64,000 nucleotides of DNA from Leidyana gryllorum EB-2025a (Eukaryota > Protista > Apicomplexa), in assembly GCA_048772705.1 (NCBI GenBank), contig JBLWGC010000133.1, positions 1 to 64,000 of the forward strand, read 5' to 3'. The notes below the pieces were generated by a model that was not told the DNA's origin, ran no database searches, and saw nothing but the letters and a program-made list of their open reading frames with translations. Positions 47,001-58,669 of this stretch are shown piece after piece (the first letter of the stretch is position 1; each line of letters begins with the position of its first letter). A program made the position numbers and the translations under genes.

Positions 47001-48361
47001 ACGCCCAGATGCAACAGAACTGGCTGAAACCTTTGCAGCTACCTGGACCCGTGTACGGCGACATGATGCATCCCAACAACCCGTCAGGGGCGTATGCCGG
47101 GAATAATCCGTTGATGTGGGGCATCCCAATGAACTTCCCCCACACCTTTCTGCGGCACCATCCAGCCCTCAAGGGACACCCGCAGATGTTTGGGGCCACC
47201 GCCGAGCAGGATCTGTGGATGTCCTGCAACAGAGCGCTCATGGGAGGTCAGATGGAGGCCAACAATTGTTTACCGTGGGCCGCCACCGCAGGTGGTGTTT
47301 CTCCCAGGATGCTGGCACAACCTCAGCCTTCATCAGACGACTTGCTGCCAGGAATGATGATGAATGGCCCCGGGGGGGCAGGTGGTATGAAGGGCAATCT
47401 TCTTCAGCACACGGGTGGAGCATCGATGCAGCGCCCTGGCACCGCAGCACCGCCACCTACGATGACCACCGGACGACCTCCTCCGCCACCCTTCCTGAGC
47501 AGATCTCAAGTTGGGCGTTCCTGCTGCAAAGACGAGGATCCCGGGAGTGCTCGGCTTACGCGCGGTCGCGGCGTTCGTGGAGGTGGAACCGGAGGGGGAA
47601 GCTCGAGTGATGACGAGGCTACGGATCGAGCCCCAAAACGCAAATTTGAGCGTTACTTCTGTTGGTCTCCGCCCCGCAATAGACGAGGCACTTCTGCCAC
47701 TGCAGCGGGTCCCGCCAGCGAACGACACCCGATGGCGAGTGGTCGTCACATGGACCACCAGACTCATCAGCAGCAGCAGCAGAACAACTTTACTCGACAA
47801 CATCCTTTCATTGGCGCTTCTTCATCATTGAGATCGTCTGGTGGACACGACTTTGGACGTGATCACCGTCGGTACGATCCGAGCCCACCGGTGGCTCCGC
47901 TTTTCCCTATTATGTTTACGGGCCCCGGCGACTTTTCAGACTCGCCGATGGATTCTCCTCTGATCCGGAACCATCAGAGACCCCCTGTGCACATGTTTGA
48001 CCATTCAACTCGCTATGGCCGATTTGGACCTCCAGCTGCCTCACAAGGACCAATTATTGTCGAAGTTGAGGAACGAACGACTGAAAGGTCGAAAGTATCT
48101 TCTGCTCAAATGGCTGCTGGTGAGTCAAACTCGGCGAGTATGGCTGGCCTGACTGCAGCTGCTCCCCTGTCCCACACGAACCTGTCTCACCGCTTTGCTC
48201 CCGGCCACCTTCCACCGGCTATCGCTGATGATCCCACCCGCCAGGAGTCCTCAGCACCGCCTGTGGGTTCTCACTCTTCCTCTGACCCTTCTCAGCCCCA
48301 ATCACCGGCCGCGTCGGAGGCGGAGGCGGAAGAGGAGGAGCTGATTGACGATCACCAGTGA
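44045..48361 (+). CDS. HAP2: HAP2/GCS1 gamete fusogen
   Basis: Signal peptide, FCPSLVGPWYAAYQL and the signature CDKLGVS..FCTGRTGDCMRNQ. Also an Ig-like domain III, CGCRWYQPLC, a TM and a Cys-rich/basic juxtamembrane segment. Confidence 0.9.
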
Positions 48362-48734
48362 TCTTGATGCACTGGCCGCCCGCCCCAACATCTCTCACTG
48401 CTTCCTGCTCGTAATGAGAATCGCATCTCGTTTCTTTTTCAGGCGAACCAGCTGGCAGAAGTGAGGGCATTTCCTATGTGAGGAGGCGACGCGCGCGGTC
48501 TCTTCATCGCGGCAGAATTCGCCGGTCGTCGTTGGGGCGGCGACAACACTTTTCGATCGGGAGTTATAGATAGCTAGTTAGCGTGTCTTGTTGACGTTTA
48601 CGTTTATATTGACCTCAAAAGCGATGTTTTGGCCATTGTGCTTAAATGGCCGTCAATGTAACTGTGGTCATCGGTTTGGTGCATTGTCACCCCCTTTTCG
48701 GAAGGGTAGGGTCTTTAAATTTTTTCCTGGCAGG

Positions 48735-49049
48735 ATGATCATTCCCATTCGGTGCTTCAGTTGTGGGAAGGTTTTAGGGGACAAATGGGAATCATATGTT
48801 CTCATGTTGGCGGAAGGGCTCGAAGAAGGGTGAGTGGACCGTTGAGAGGGGTGTTCTGATTGAAAATTCTCCTCAGTCAAGCGTTGGCCAAGTTGAATTT
48901 GGAGCGCTATTGCTGCAAACGTATGATGCTGGGACACGTTGACTTCGTTGAGAAGCTTCTCTGTTATAACCGTAGGTCCAATGAGTTTGATAGCTCTGTA
49001 ACACGTCATTTCAGCTCACGAAAAGCGTACTGCGAATGACAACGAATGA
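48735..49049 (+). CDS. RPB10: RNA polymerase I/II/III subunit RPB10
   Basis: [26 protein letters not shown], with two short introns. Confidence 0.95.
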
Positions 49050-49929
49050 GCTTCTTTGCTCTTCTTATTTAGTTGGACGGATTATAGGAGGTGAGGGGAA
49101 GACAAAAAAGAGGGTCTCCTCCTTTCCGAGGCAACATCCTGCTGACCCATATCCAACTTGCCTGTGGAGCTGGCCACCCAGATGTTCATATGAGATGCAT
49201 ATATGCTGATAATAACACACACCTCCATATCTCACGTTATTTGAACAACATCAACAGATAAGAGATATCCGAACGACTGACTGACTAACTAACTGAGCTA
49301 CCAATCAGCGCGAGTCCCTCCTACGCCGTCGTCTCTGTTACATTGGGGAAGATTGGGTGCACTTCAAAGGATCTGTCTGAGAGTGATCTCCCAACCATTC
49401 ATTAGACAGTGTCTCTCGAGTGAATTCTCCCCATCAACCCACGTCCGGCCAGCCAGTCATTGTTGAAGCCGACCGTTCGCACTTAGAGACGAGTTGTGGC
49501 ACATTGGCATCGCCAGTTGGGCGATTTTAATGTGCGAAACCTCACATTGGCACCATTCTAACCCCTCTGTCCCTCGGCACCAAAGAGAGATCGCATAGCG
49601 GGACGAGTTCGTTTGAATAGCACGTAGCCCACTCAGATAGCCGGACGAGTAGGCCACTCAAATAGCAATCTCGCACTCTTTCTGGTCAGTGACGGTCGCA
49701 TTGGGAGCTCTCCTCACCAAACCACTGCAGTCTGAAGAGAAGGTGGGGTGTGGTTCCAATCTGATGAGTAATGGATTTGAGCCTCTCCTCAATTGGTGAG
49801 AATAGGAGGGGAATCTTTCCTGCGCCACACAGGCATTTTTTCGCACATTCGCAATGGGCCCAGACAGGAGCCCTCCACTGCGGTCCGAGCAGGGCGGCAG
49901 GTAAGGTGTGTGTGAGAGCGTTGGATACA

Positions 49930-51072
49930 ATGGAATATAGTCGACGTGGCTCGGGCGGAGTCGGGCGAAGTGGGTCCCCTGGGAAGGGTTCTCGGACTAA
50001 ACGTCCCCGTCCGATTGAAGAAGAGAATGAGGACGGGCCTCGATGGTGGGAAGGTATTGCGGGGCGGCGAAGGACTGGTTCAACTCGGCGTGAGCCCGGT
50101 GGATGGCCTAAAACGGACTCTACGAGTGCCATGGTAGGAGTTTGTCAACATGTGTTGTTGAGTATGATGGATTTAGCAGCATAAACTCCGTCGGCGGTCG
50201 GGTCAGCTGGACGACGGTTCACAGATGGGCTCTGCTGAGGGTTATCAAGGAATGCAGTGAGTCGCGAGCGTTATATTGGCGATGTGTGTCGTGTGCTTTG
50301 CAGCGGGGAAGCTCACCCGTACCCAGTAGAGGAATACGATGCGCAGCCGCCGATGGATCCAAGCGGTTACCAGGTCCCTCCCGAAGGATTTGGGGGTGCG
50401 GCTGCATACCCTGTGGCAGCCTACCCTCAGCCGGGATATGGCGTTCTCCCTCGAGCGATGGGTGAGTGGGCTGGATTTCTGCCTCTGTAAACGCGATATT
50501 TGCTCGCTGCAGTTCCCCCCTATGTAGCCGGAGGCATGCCACCGACTCGTCCGTTATTACCTCCTCAGCCAATGTATGCGATGGAAGGTCCCCCAGCCCA
50601 CCCTATCTACCAAGCGGCGCCAAAGATGCCTGCTCGAGCGTTGGATGCGCGGGGTCAGCCCGTGCCAGTGCCCGGGTATGGTCCAGCACCACCCTTCCCG
50701 CGGCGAGCAGGGCCGCCGCCGGTGGTGACAGTTGACGAGAGTGCCAAGTTCATCAACGTGACTCAGTCATCGTCGCTGAATGTAATGGCAGCAGTTGGAT
50801 TACCGTTCTTACAGGTTAGATCTGGGCCCCTCCCATTACTCTGTGAATATGAATGATCTTTACAGAACGAGTTGATGGTTGCGGAAGCTCGGCGTCCAAC
50901 ACCGGAAGAGATTGAGGTGCACTCAATACTGAAGGCACATCTGGAGGAGACTCGTCGAACTTATGTGGGGGGGAGTTGTGTAGATATGGCCTTGGCCAAA
51001 CAGATTATAGCTCCTTCTTTACTATCTGGCAATGCCCGTGTGTCTCCTGTATCAGTGGAAGGGGGTATCTGA
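49930..51072 (+). CDS. Pro/Tyr/Gly-rich hypothetical protein, multi-exon
   Basis: Successive + ORF pieces with clear gt..ag introns. Confidence 0.5.
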
Positions 51073-51099
51073 TAAAAATTTAAGCAATTTCGGAACACA

Positions 51100-51510
51100 A
51101 TGGTGAGCCGTAATATGCTCGCATCAGTATTCCTAACTGTCATCCTCACCTCCGTGCGAGGCGATATGCCTCTAGTGGATTGCGACGGAGCCGAACTCCT
51201 CTACACGGCTCCATATCAAGGTCTAAAGCCGTACATATTTGAAAACAAACTGTATGTACCATCGGAGACTCTCCAGTTCCCTCCAAACCATCCGATGTCC
51301 GTCGCTTGGGAGCTGCAGGGTCAGTGTGACCCGCCGCGACAAGGTCCCAAGTGCCAGGACAGACCCGAGTGGTCGCCCGATCAATCTTATACCGACGGAT
51401 CTCTGGTGGTGTATAATAAAGCTCTCTGGGCCAATCACTGGTACGCTGGTGCACGCTTTGTACCAGATACCGATACATCGGGAAACTGGTACAAACTTTT
51501 CGATTGCTAA
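51100..51510 (+). CDS. Secreted protein with CBM5/12 (ChtBD3)-like chitin-binding module
   Basis: Signal peptide; EWSPDQSYTDGSLVVYNKALWANHWY..P....GNW fits the W..Y..G..V.Y...WW..P..W pattern. Confidence 0.75.
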   Translation: MVSRNMLASVFLTVILTSVRGDMPLVDCDGAELLYTAPYQGLKPYIFENKLYVPSETLQFPPNHPMSVAWELQGQCDPPRQGPKCQDRPEWSPDQSYTDGSLVVYNKALWANHWYAGARFVPDTDTSGNWYKLFDC

Positions 51511-51853
51511 GGTACCCCCTCTCTCGCTCGCTCGCTCTCTCTGTCTGGCTCCTTGTTGACACTTATATTTGAATTCGGAGGAACTAATCTTACCAGTCTT
51601 TAAAAGTCTATTTTGGGATGCATACGACACAGCATTGACGAATTCACTCTCAATCGTTGCAGCTAAGGGTACGGAAGATTGTTTTGCAGAATCACATGAA
51701 GTATTTTGCCATCACTCTTTTAAGTGGATGTGTGTGCGCTCGCTCTCGGCTTTATACTAAGCGAGAACTTCTAATCCAGCAAGAATTATCTATACAAAGA
51801 CAGCATCTTGTGATGGAAAACGGATCGGGGGGATTGCGTGACCCCACAAAGAG

Positions 51854-53044
51854 ATGATAATTGAGAACGCATGTGTCTTGAGCACGGTCCTCGACTATCT
51901 AGGTATTGAACATGCTGCACCCCTCTTGTACGTCAACAAAGCTTGCCGGAAAGTACTCCTCACATTTTGGTGGAGCTCTCACCTCGTCCTCGAGGCGAAC
52001 ACCCTCAAACGACTCGAAGGTCCCATAGTGCTCTTAGAAACGCACTTTTTACGGACCTGGCTACGCCGCAGCTTACCAAGAGCCCAGATCATCACCCTTG
52101 GTGGAGAAGGGTGGCACTTCGCTGAGATCGCAGCAAGCATAGCGTTTTCAATTGCTCATGTATGTTGCAAGACAATCACTCATTTCTCAGCCCATGTGCG
52201 ATTGCTCTCCGCATGTGACCAACATCTCAATACAGCTTCTAGCGCTGCGCGCAATACAGACACAGCCCTCAGTCAGATAGTCCGCCAATTGCTCACAGAA
52301 CAACCACCCGATTGGCTTTGGCCGCAACTCACCCACATCACACTCGTCTCCATCCAAGTCCTAACCACCCCCGTCCTAGCTCACTTTGCTCAATGGGTCA
52401 CCGCATGTCCACGCCTGCAACAGCTTCGACTCCGCAGCCAGGACTGGAGACTATGGACATCCGCTACAGGTGATCTCGCGGTAAGAATTACCCTGTACAA
52501 ACATCAAACTCGTGTGTGTCTTAAATCCGGTCAGGTCGAGAGGGTCATGATGGAGCCGCTGCCAGTGCCCAGTGGACTCAACAAGTACAGTGTACAATCG
52601 GTCACCCCTTCTAAACTTCTGCGGCGAGCAGCCGCCTACCAAATGCACCGGCTCGAGCTGGCTGAAGTTATCGGGTTGATCCCCTGTCTTTTAATTCTAG
52701 CTGCCCCGGTGATGGCGGAACGCCTCCAGTCGGGTGGGCCACAAGCCGTCCAAATTGCTCACGTCCGAATCCCAACCAGCCATGTATATCAAGGCGAGGA
52801 CTGCGAGGGCATGGAACGTCTGCAGTCTGTGTTTCACGGAATGATTGGCAGTGTTCAGTTCAGGCTGGTTCCAGAGATATTGCTACCCGCCAGAGACCAT
52901 GTGTGGGAGGAGCTGTTGCGACAGATACTAGAAGTTGGGGAACAAGTGTTCCCAGCGTGTTCGAGAGAAGGTGTGTACGAAGCAGCGAGTGAGGTGACGG
53001 GGTTGATGGAGCGGGTGTGGACGAGCGGTGTCTGTCAAGGCTGA
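51854..53044 (+). CDS. Hypothetical protein with F-box-like N-terminus
   Basis: 396-aa ORF with VLSTVLDYL..LLYVNKACR and an LRR-like CPRLQQLRL. Confidence 0.55.
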   Translation: MIIENACVLSTVLDYLGIEHAAPLLYVNKACRKVLLTFWWSSHLVLEANTLKRLEGPIVLLETHFLRTWLRRSLPRAQIITLGGEGWHFAEIAASIAFSIAHVCCKTITHFSAHVRLLSACDQHLNTASSAARNTDTALSQIVRQLLTEQPPDWLWPQLTHITLVSIQVLTTPVLAHFAQWVTACPRLQQLRLRSQDWRLWTSATGDLAVRITLYKHQTRVCLKSGQVERVMMEPLPVPSGLNKYSVQSVTPSKLLRRAAAYQMHRLELAEVIGLIPCLLILAAPVMAERLQSGGPQAVQIAHVRIPTSHVYQGEDCEGMERLQSVFHGMIGSVQFRLVPEILLPARDHVWEELLRQILEVGEQVFPACSREGVYEAASEVTGLMERVWTSGVCQG

Positions 53045-53087
53045 GAAAAACAAGCCTGGGCAGGCATTCTACGGCGGAGAAAGTTTG

Positions 53088-54071
53088 ATGGATTCAGCCG
53101 CCCGAAGTGAAACCACCCCTAAAGGGGCCTTCAGAGATGAGCTCATCTCCACGACCGCAGCGGAGGAAGCCTCCGAAACAGCGGCAACAGGAGAAGTTTC
53201 GTCGCCGACGTCGCTGCAGCCGCCGCTGCCAGATCCGAGCTGTGTGCATCTAATCTTTGATTGGGACGACACGATATTCCCGTCCTCAATGATGCATCGT
53301 TTCACTGCGCAGCACGAGAGATCTGCAAGTGCGAATCCTCTGGCAGTATTGGCGTCTGTGATTGCGGCGTCGGATGAAATGCAAATGAGTATGATTAGCT
53401 TGGATATCCAGGCGTGTGAGTTGCTTAAGAAGGCTTTGAGCCTCGGACGAGTTTACATAGTTACTAACGCGGAACCAGGTTGGGTGCAGCAGACTGCTGG
53501 CAATTTCATGCCCCGTACGAGTGATCTCTTGAAACGCCTCGAGATCCCGGTGGTGTCGGCGCGAGCCACGTTTGCACGTCTCTATAGACTCACACCATCT
53601 CAAATAAATTCACTGGGACCGTTGGTTCCCTCTGCATGTCTTCTAGGGGCCCTTCTGCCATCCATCCCTGAGAAACTCTCTCCTCAAGAGAATGACGCGC
53701 TACAAGCCACTCTCCCCGACCTTTGGAAAAAGTTCAGCTTCTCAGGGCTCATTCGTTGGTGCATAGGCGCCCATAACGTCCAACATGGTGCTCACCAAGG
53801 TGGTATTCAGCCTTATCGCCTCCTCTCTCACCCCCACTTCATCAGCATCGGTGACAGTGATTCCGAACGAGCTGCCCTCCTCAAGTGTCATCAGCAATTT
53901 TTCTCCTACGCCTTCTTCAAGACCATCAAATTGCTTGAAGCACCAACCCTCCAGACCCTACACCTTCAACATGCGTTCCTCACCAAACACCTCACTCCTC
54001 TCGTGCAATCACGACGTTCTATGGATCTCGTCGTCGACCCCGATGACCCTATTAACAGACCAAGTTACTAG
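53088..54071 (+). CDS. HAD-superfamily protein
   Basis: Motif I FDWDDT, IVTNA and SIGDS..ER. Confidence 0.8.
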   Translation: MDSAARSETTPKGAFRDELISTTAAEEASETAATGEVSSPTSLQPPLPDPSCVHLIFDWDDTIFPSSMMHRFTAQHERSASANPLAVLASVIAASDEMQMSMISLDIQACELLKKALSLGRVYIVTNAEPGWVQQTAGNFMPRTSDLLKRLEIPVVSARATFARLYRLTPSQINSLGPLVPSACLLGALLPSIPEKLSPQENDALQATLPDLWKKFSFSGLIRWCIGAHNVQHGAHQGGIQPYRLLSHPHFISIGDSDSERAALLKCHQQFFSYAFFKTIKLLEAPTLQTLHLQHAFLTKHLTPLVQSRRSMDLVVDPDDPINRPSY

Positions 54072-54137
54072 TGCTAAACCAGCAGCAACTCATTTTTCTC
54101 TTCCAGTCACTCACTCGGTCACAATCAAACCAAACAT

Positions 54138-55196
54138 TCAAACACTGCCTGGTCGATCTAGCTCAATGTCTTCCACAACTACTTCTCCTCCCTGTAAACG
54201 GTACACATACACGATCACACCCTCATGCCCAACACGTAGTAACATAAAGGACGCAACAGACGGCGAAGCGGCAGCCACTTGCAATGAGGGATCCGACACT
54301 TTGGCTTCACCGGTACCCACTGGCTGCTGCAACGTCACACCTCCTCCACTCAACGCTTCATCACTTAGCACCCCGTCCGTCACCTGGACAGCTGCGCCCT
54401 CAGCAGCAAGACTCTCTCCTCCCGAGGGCAAATCATCGTGGGCTGGAATGCTTGTTGAACTCTGATTCACATCGGTCGGCCCTGTGCCAGTCATGTGATA
54501 CGCATCAGATATCCCAACAGCGTCATCTTGGGAAAAGACGCCGCGGCCTGTGACACTGCCGGGACACAGGAGCACTTCTCCGCTCACCAACCGTCCCACG
54601 CTCGGCCCGTTTGTACCGGGACGCTGACAGATCACGATGTGGATTGCCTGTCCGAACAGCGAGCTAGGCGGGGGGCAGAGCAACCATGAATCCTTCGCAG
54701 TTCCCGGGAAGTCAAGCCAAGATACTTGGTGGCCATGCATACATCCAACTTTCAGCGGACCAATATCGAATGAGACCACATCCTTCTCTGCCACAGCTTC
54801 GTTGCCCGCGGTATCCTTAGGATCCAAAGGGACGGCAGGCAACAAGGCTTTGCATATGTGCACCCTCCCGACGTCACCTCCGACCAAAGGGGTCAGATAG
54901 TCGACCAGTTGCGCTCCATTGGATCCAAGGTTACCTGTAAGAATGTGTGTGAACGGCCGCGTCTCGCCTTAGCACACACACAGGCAGGACTCACCAACGC
55001 ATACTGCTCTACGAGGCTCTTCGTTCTGCTTCAAATTCGAAATCAGCTTTCGGAAGGCTGGAGGTATCTCGGCTGCGAGTTCTGGGACACCAACGTCGCC
55101 TAGGATGAGGAGCCACTCGCCCTGATGGACTTGTTGATGAGTGGCGGCTGCTTGTTGTGCGACGGCTGCCGACTTGAGGATCTCAGCAGCGCTCAT
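54138..55196 (-). CDS. VPS29-like metallophosphoesterase-fold protein
   Basis: LLILGDVGVP..IPPAFRKLI, KVGCMHGHQV, CPGSVTG and SFMLL..VIVYVYRL. Confidence 0.8.
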
Positions 55197-55288
55197 TGAT
55201 CAGTTACGTGGTGTTTTTGACGTGGGTAGCTGTGTGATGGATAACAGGGAGTTTGCAGTCAATCATGCAGCAGCGATAAAAGAGATGA

Positions 55289-57531
55289 CTATCGTCTATC
55301 AGTCTTGCCAATGGTACGTTTACCACTATAAAGATGTTTCGGTTTGGCTGTTCCGATGAAGCGATCGGCTTCATGGATTTGATCCTTCCGAGGAGCGTTT
55401 TTAAGTGGCTTCCTAAAGCGTTTGTCCGCCAAGACTTTCTGCTTCTCAGCTTTTGCCCGGGTCTCTTCGTCTCCGATAGCCTCAGCTCTGTTGGCTTTGT
55501 GAACCTTCTTCCTGGCCAACTCGCCGACACCATCTTGCCTTCTGGCAATAGCGAACGCACGAAGTTTGCGCTTAGCCAACATGGAAGCTCTCTCTGAGGT
55601 TTTGCTGGGTTTGCGTTCACCATCTCCCTCGTCAGCTGTGCTGGCGTCGTCATCCTGCATCTCGTCATCAGAGTCTGCGTCGTCCTCATCCTCGTCGTCG
55701 GACTTCATGAGATGTTCGGCATCGGCTTCCGTGACGAAGCTGAGTGTGGGCACCTTCTTCATATTCGCAATAACATTGGTGGAATCAATGCCCAGAGTGC
55801 CAAGAACCTCTTTGACTTCATCGAGATCGACCGTACGACGTGGCATAATGACAGCGTTCTTCTTCTTCTTGGCGGAGCTGCGCATACGGGCCTCCTCTCT
55901 GGCGTGGAAGACTTGCTCAAGAACCTCCTGGTATTTGTACCAATCTCCAGTGGGAGCGTCTTCAGCGGCATTCCATGCTGCGTCCAAAGCTGCTTCTTCT
56001 GCCTCGAGAGCCGCGATCTGAGCATCAATGTTGGGGTCAATGAAATCGGCAATATTCTTTCCGTCCATGAATTCTGGGAGTTCATCGTACTTCCAGTCGC
56101 TATTCTCCAAATCCCAGTGCTTCCGATTGTCAGCCACAAACACGCCAGCACCACCTTCTTGTTCCATGAGATCTTTCTCCAAGACTCTGACCGGCTCGTC
56201 GTCCATTTCATCACCAGTTCGAGTAGCAGCGCGTCTCTTCTTCTCAAGATATCCCTCAGGCACGAAGGCAGGGCGGTCCGGATTCAGGTCCACTTCAGCT
56301 TGGAAGAAACCTTTTCCAGTGTGTTGACTAACATCAGCGCCGCTCAATTGCTTCTTCTGCAACTTGAGGGCGAGGAGCAACTCGCAAGCTTGATTCTTCA
56401 CTTGGTCTAAACCCAAACCCATGAGAGTGGAGCAAGTGCCAAATCGCACACAATCCAACCCGGACTCCATGGATTTGATCAACTCTTTCTCTGTATCAGT
56501 CAGCTGCTCTGGAGTTCGCAGATCAACTTTATTCAACACCACCATCACTGGCTTGTGAACCAAGAGCGGCTTCAAACTGTTGAACAGCTTGACTTGATCC
56601 TCGATCGAGAAACCACAGGTTTCACTGATGTCCACCAAAAAGAGAACAGTCGACGACAGATGGGCCAACGCAGTAATGGCAGAGAGCTCAACCGAGTTCC
56701 GTGCTGACAGAGGCCTGTCCAAAACACCCGGGGTGTCGATAAGTTGCCACTTCTGGTAAGCGTAGTCAAAGTGTCCCAAGTACAATGACTTGGTAGTGAA
56801 GGCGAACGGCTGTACTTCCACATTGGCATTGCTCAGAGTGTTCATGAAACTCGACTTTCCGACGTTAGGATGCCCCGCCAACAGCAAGGTTCGGGTGAAG
56901 GGGTTAATTGCCGGGAGACGACTCAGGTTCTGACGAACGCTTTCCAGATAAGTCAAGGCGTTCTGCAACTTCAAGACCGCTGTGCACATTCTACCGAGCG
57001 CAGCCCGTTTGAGCATCTTGCACTTGTACGGCGAATCGGCGTACTTGAGCAAGCGCACATACTCCTTACTGATGGTGTCCACGACACCGCGGACGGCGTT
57101 CACTTGGCCCAAGGCCAGCTTGTAGTGATCGCGATCGTACAGTACATTGAGCAAATCAGCATAGAATGGGTGTATATCCTGTGAAAAGTATGTTATCGAA
57201 CGTGTGTGCGGGCTCGATTTTACTCACGTCTACTCGAGGGAATTGTTGATTGATGTCAGCCAGCTTGTCATGGAAGGTCTGCTGACAGAACTTGACTTTC
57301 CGCATGTAGAACCGACGTATCCTCTCTATCTTGTACTGAGGATGCACCACAGTAGGCGTCTTGCGCTGTGTGGCAGAGAGACATATGTCTATCAGACTTT
57401 TGGCATCTGATACGGTCTTGATGTCCTGCGAAGAGGGGAAAGAATCCGTTGTGAGTTGGTGGAGCCTGAATCGGGCGTACCTTGAACCTATAGAGGGTTC
57501 CGGCCTCCCCAGCTGCTCTCTTGAGCCCCAT
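55289..57531 (-). CDS. NOG1: Nucleolar GTP-binding protein 1
   Basis: [32 protein letters not shown] and C-terminal [18 protein letters not shown]. Confidence 0.97.
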
Positions 57532-57764
57532 ACTGCTCAAAAACGGCCGAAAAAATTCTGCCGTGACTTAGGAGGTCATGATTAATAAAGCGTCAAGAGT
57601 AAAACTTGACAGGAACTGAGAGTGATTAGTAAAAGTCAGATAGAAAGACAGCAGATTGAGACCACATTATCGTAGCCACAAGGTCTTAAGCCTGACATTG
57701 AGGCTTGGCTTCCACCGTTGCAAAAAAACAAGGTATTCGGACTTGCTATATTACATACATAAAG

Positions 57765-58646
57765 ATGAAGCCATGGGCAGACGGCGCTCAGCCTGAAAGG
57801 GATCAGGCGGTTGGTGACACTGGCGCGCAGCAGGAGGCAATTGATTATGAGAACATCCCACACAATCTCTTGACCCCCTTGAATTCGACCTGGTGTCTGT
57901 GGTATACAAATGCCACTGCCAAGACTACAGAGACCTTCAAGGACTGCCTCATCCCCGTCGCGACTGTCTCTACTGTAAGACAACAATCCATCAAGCTATC
58001 ATATCCATATACATATAGGTGGAGGCATTTTGGGCCCTGTATTCCCATTGTGTCCGGCCCTCGCAACTACCGCGAGGGACCGAATACCATTTGTTTAGGG
58101 AAGGCATTACCCCAATGTGGGAGGATCCCAATAACGCAGACGGTAAGCCCTCTGTCTGTCATCGTCTCAATAACCCAACCTCACTTTAGGGGGGACTCTG
58201 ATGATTCGTCTGAGGCGGAATTATCTAGATTGGTTCTGGGAAGCATTGGTGAGTCAGTGTCGCTCTGTCAATTGCAGAATTACACTCATTCCTCAGATAA
58301 TGGCGTTGATTGGCGAATCACTAGATGAGGATGTTGTTGGTGCTGTGGCTGGAAAACGATATGCGGTGAGTCCGTTTCGATTGGATTCCCCTGAAATCCT
58401 ATCTGTTCACAGGACGACTATCTGTCGATATGGAATAGAAAGTATGACAACAAGGCTCAAGGACGCTTGTCGTAAGTAGACGCTCCCAGTCGCTACACAC
58501 GTCACCACCTCAACAGGGCGACTTTGCTGAGGACGCTGAAGCTTCCTGAGAATAGTCACACAGACTACAAGTCCCATATGGGTTCATTGCGTAGTAGTGT
58601 ACAGCAGCAGCACCAGCAAGGGCCATCCGCCCCCTCCCTCAACTGA
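57765..58646 (+). CDS. eIF4E: Translation initiation factor 4E family
   Basis: [40 protein letters not shown] and DYKSH across multiple exons. Confidence 0.9.
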
Positions 58647-58669
58647 TTATAGGAAAAAATTTGCTCAGA

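Noticed and set aside
57655-57730. U4-like tatcgtagcca with small hairpins
   Set aside because: The match is only 11 nt, with no U6-pairing segments or properly placed Sm site.
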